A stretch of DNA of 64,000 nt from Myxococcales bacterium (lineage in GTDB: Bacteria; Myxococcota_A; UBA9042; JABWCM01; BTVJ01). Made by a program: the position numbers and the translations under genes. Under the pieces are notes generated by a model. It was not told where the DNA came from, did not search any database, and saw only the letters and a program-made list of their open reading frames with translations. The stretch is from contig BTVJ01000002.1 in the NCBI GenBank assembly GCA_045863395.1, positions 160,001 through 224,000 on the forward strand, read 5' to 3'. Shown here one piece after another: positions 62,055-64,000 of this stretch (its first letter is position 1; the number at the start of each line of letters is the position of its first letter).

Positions 62055-64000
62055 ATGGCCGGCAAGTACTCCGAGCAGCTCCTGGACGCCATCCGCCGCG
62101 CCACTGACCTGCACGACCTGTGCAGGGAGCTGGGCATCCCGGGCCACCGGGAGGGGCGGGGCGTCAAGTACCAGTGCCCGCTCCACGGGGACAGCTCCGA
62201 CGGCAAGTGGAACTTCGACGTGCGGGACAAACGGTCCCGCGAGAACGGCAAGTGCTACTCCTGCGGCAAGAGCGCCGACGCCTTTGGGGTGTGGCAGGCC
62301 GTGCGGGGAGGGACGTTCCCCGACGCGGTGCAGGCCCTGGCCTCTCGGGCGGGGATCCGCCTCGATGACGCTGCGGGGCCCCCTCCTGCTTCGACGCCTG
62401 CGGCCGGGGCTTCGCGCCAGGGGGCGGGGGCTCAGGCCAAGGGCCCGTCGCTGTGCTCCGCGGACTGGATCCCACCCAAGAAGGGGGAGGTGGTCGCGCA
62501 GTACCCCTACGTGGACGAGGCGGGCCGCGTCCTCTTCGAGGTCCTGCGGTTCAGCCCCAAGAGCTTCGCCCAGCGCCGGCCCGGTCCTCACCCTCACTCG
62601 TCGCTGTGGCTCTGGACCCTGGAGCCTGTGCAGACCGCCCGGCTCAAGGGCCGGGAGGTGGACGTGCACCTCGGGCCGGTGCGGCGCGTGCCTTACCTCC
62701 TGCCCGCAGTCCTCGCCGCGGGGAAGCGGGGCGAGCGGGTCTGGTTCGTGGAGGGGGAGAAGGACGTCCGGACGCTGCAGGCCCTGGGGCTTACTGCCAC
62801 CACGTCCCCACAGGGGGCGAAGAGCTGGGCGGAGTCCAAGGAGGAGGTGGCCAAGGCCATCGCCGGTGCTCACGTGGTGGTGCTCTGCGACAACGACGGC
62901 CCGGGCCGCGCCTTCGCCGCGGAGGTGGTCTCGACGCTGGCGGCGAGCGCAGCCGCGTCGGTGCGCCTGCTTGACCCCCTGCCCGCTCTGCCAGGGTACC
63001 AGCCGGCGGAGCACGACGACGTCACGGTGTGGGTGCGGGCCGGGGGCACTCGGCCGCTGCTCGAGACGGCGGCCGCGTCGGCGCCGCCGGCTGAGCCGCC
63101 CTCGACGGACCCTGCCGCGTTCCGGGTCGCCAACTTCCTGGCTCGGATGGAGGCCGACGCGGACGGCAACGAGTCGATGCGCCGGTACTCCGTGCCCCTC
63201 AACGAGATCCTCCGGACGCTGCACCAGGCGACCGGGGGGTGGCCACGCACGATCAACGGGCTCCTCTTCGCGCACGAGCCCCCGGCCTCCGGGACCCTGC
63301 CCGCGCCGGACGCCATCCGTCCGCTGAACAACGATGCGGAGCTGTTCGCGTGGCTGAAGACGAAGGGCACGGAGGTGAGCTGGACGGGGCGCGAGGTGGT
63401 GCAGCCGTCGCAGCTCGGGACGTGCGCCCCTGTCTCGCGTAACGAGCTGCTCGCCGGCGCACGCATGGCCAGCCCCGCCAGGTACGTCGCTGCCGAGCTG
63501 CTGCCCCACCATCCCCCCCGGCCTCTCACGTTCTACTCGTGCGGGCACATCCCCAGCGGCAACGGTAAGGCCCTTGACGAGTTCGTGGGGATGCTCAACC
63601 CGGCGAGCGACCATGACCGAGACCTGCTACGAGCGCTGATCGTGACGCTCCTCTGGGGGGGAGAGCCCGGCGCTCGGCCAGGGTGGGTGATCACCTCGGA
63701 GCACGGGGTCGGCACAGGGAAGACGACCACCGCCATCGCCATCGCCGCCATCGTGGGCGGGTGCGTCGGCATCCGGCCTAACGACGACTGGGCCAAGACC
63801 TCGGAGCGCCTGCTGTCGGACAACGCACTGAGCAAGCGCGTGGTGCTCATCGACAACCTCAAGGGTCGGCTCAACAGCTCGGAGTTCGAGTCGGCCATCA
63901 CCGACGGCACCATCAACGGCAAGCGCATGTACCACGGCGACTACGAACGACCCAACACGCTCACGTGGGTCTTCACCGTCAACATCGCCGAGCTGTCCCG
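62055..64000 (+). CDS. Phage primase-ATPase (CHC2 zinc finger + TOPRIM + P-loop); 3' end beyond the window
   Basis: Not in ORF track; translated by hand: CPLH...CYSC, VEGEKD, CDND, GVGTGKTT, VLIDN, in frame with ATG 62055. Confidence 0.88.
   Translation, partial: MAGKYSEQLLDAIRRATDLHDLCRELGIPGHREGRGVKYQCPLHGDSSDGKWNFDVRDKRSRENGKCYSCGKSADAFGVWQAVRGGTFPDAVQALASRAGIRLDDAAGPPPASTPAAGASRQGAGAQAKGPSLCSADWIPPKKGEVVAQYPYVDEAGRVLFEVLRFSPKSFAQRRPGPHPHSSLWLWTLEPVQTARLKGREVDVHLGPVRRVPYLLPAVLAAGKRGERVWFVEGEKDVRTLQALGLTATTSPQGAKSWAESKEEVAKAIAGAHVVVLCDNDGPGRAFAAEVVSTLAASAAASVRLLDPLPALPGYQPAEHDDVTVWVRAGGTRPLLETAAASAPPAEPPSTDPAAFRVANFLARMEADADGNESMRRYSVPLNEILRTLHQATGGWPRTINGLLFAHEPPASGTLPAPDAIRPLNNDAELFAWLKTKGTEVSWTGREVVQPSQLGTCAPVSRNELLAGARMASPARYVAAELLPHHPPRPLTFYSCGHIPSGNGKALDEFVGMLNPASDHDRDLLRALIVTLLWGGEPGARPGWVITSEHGVGTGKTTTAIAIAAIVGGCVGIRPNDDWAKTSERLLSDNALSKRVVLIDNLKGRLNSSEFESAITDGTINGKRMYHGDYERPNTLTWVFTVNIAELS

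Larger units (their letters stand above)
54346..64000. mobile_element. Prophage left arm integrated at tRNA-Ala(CGC); continues beyond the window
   Basis: Integrase ends about 70 bp from the tRNA 3' end; short overlapping leftward genes; divergent cI/cro; primase-ATPase; AT-richer immunity region. Confidence 0.9.

Noticed and set aside
54346..64000. attR direct repeat of the tRNA 3' end
   Set aside because: Not found within the window; expected further downstream.

Overview
High-GC bacterial chromosome segment. The gene content (Cys-rich repeat lipoproteins, Hanks kinase and PP2C phosphatase, VKOR-DsbA, TIGR04552-like and DUF6209-like proteins) suggests Myxococcota or a relative; this is inference. 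Bases 1-54272 hold about 42 host genes: trpS, asnS, greB, acyl-CoA dehydrogenase, two histidine kinases, a REC-GGDEF protein, an MMPL/RND transporter, five thioredoxin-fold proteins, a DUF2760-Hsp70-Hsp70 operon, a DUF1501 operon and several large secreted lipoproteins. A tRNA-Ala(CGC) at 54273-54345 is followed by the left arm of a lambdoid-type prophage that runs off the window. It carries a tyrosine integrase, a minimal PolX, a broken ParB-like gene, an ASCH protein, a cI/cro switch with four GTGCC-N5-GGCAC operators and a primase-ATPase. Most interesting observations: (1) a bacterial Svf1-like lipocalin gene divergent from an MMPL lipid transporter; (2) a 188-aa palm+thumb-only PolX near the integrase; (3) an HTH-only repressor with a separate, apparently catalytically dead S24/UmuD-like ORF and a coupled lipoprotein; (4) a perfect 70-bp palindrome; (5) a translationally coupled VKOR-DsbA / Cys-rich OmpA-like / TlpA operon; (6) an Rpn-like remnant that keeps an internal-start small ORF. 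All family calls come from motif recognition by eye; no database search was run.
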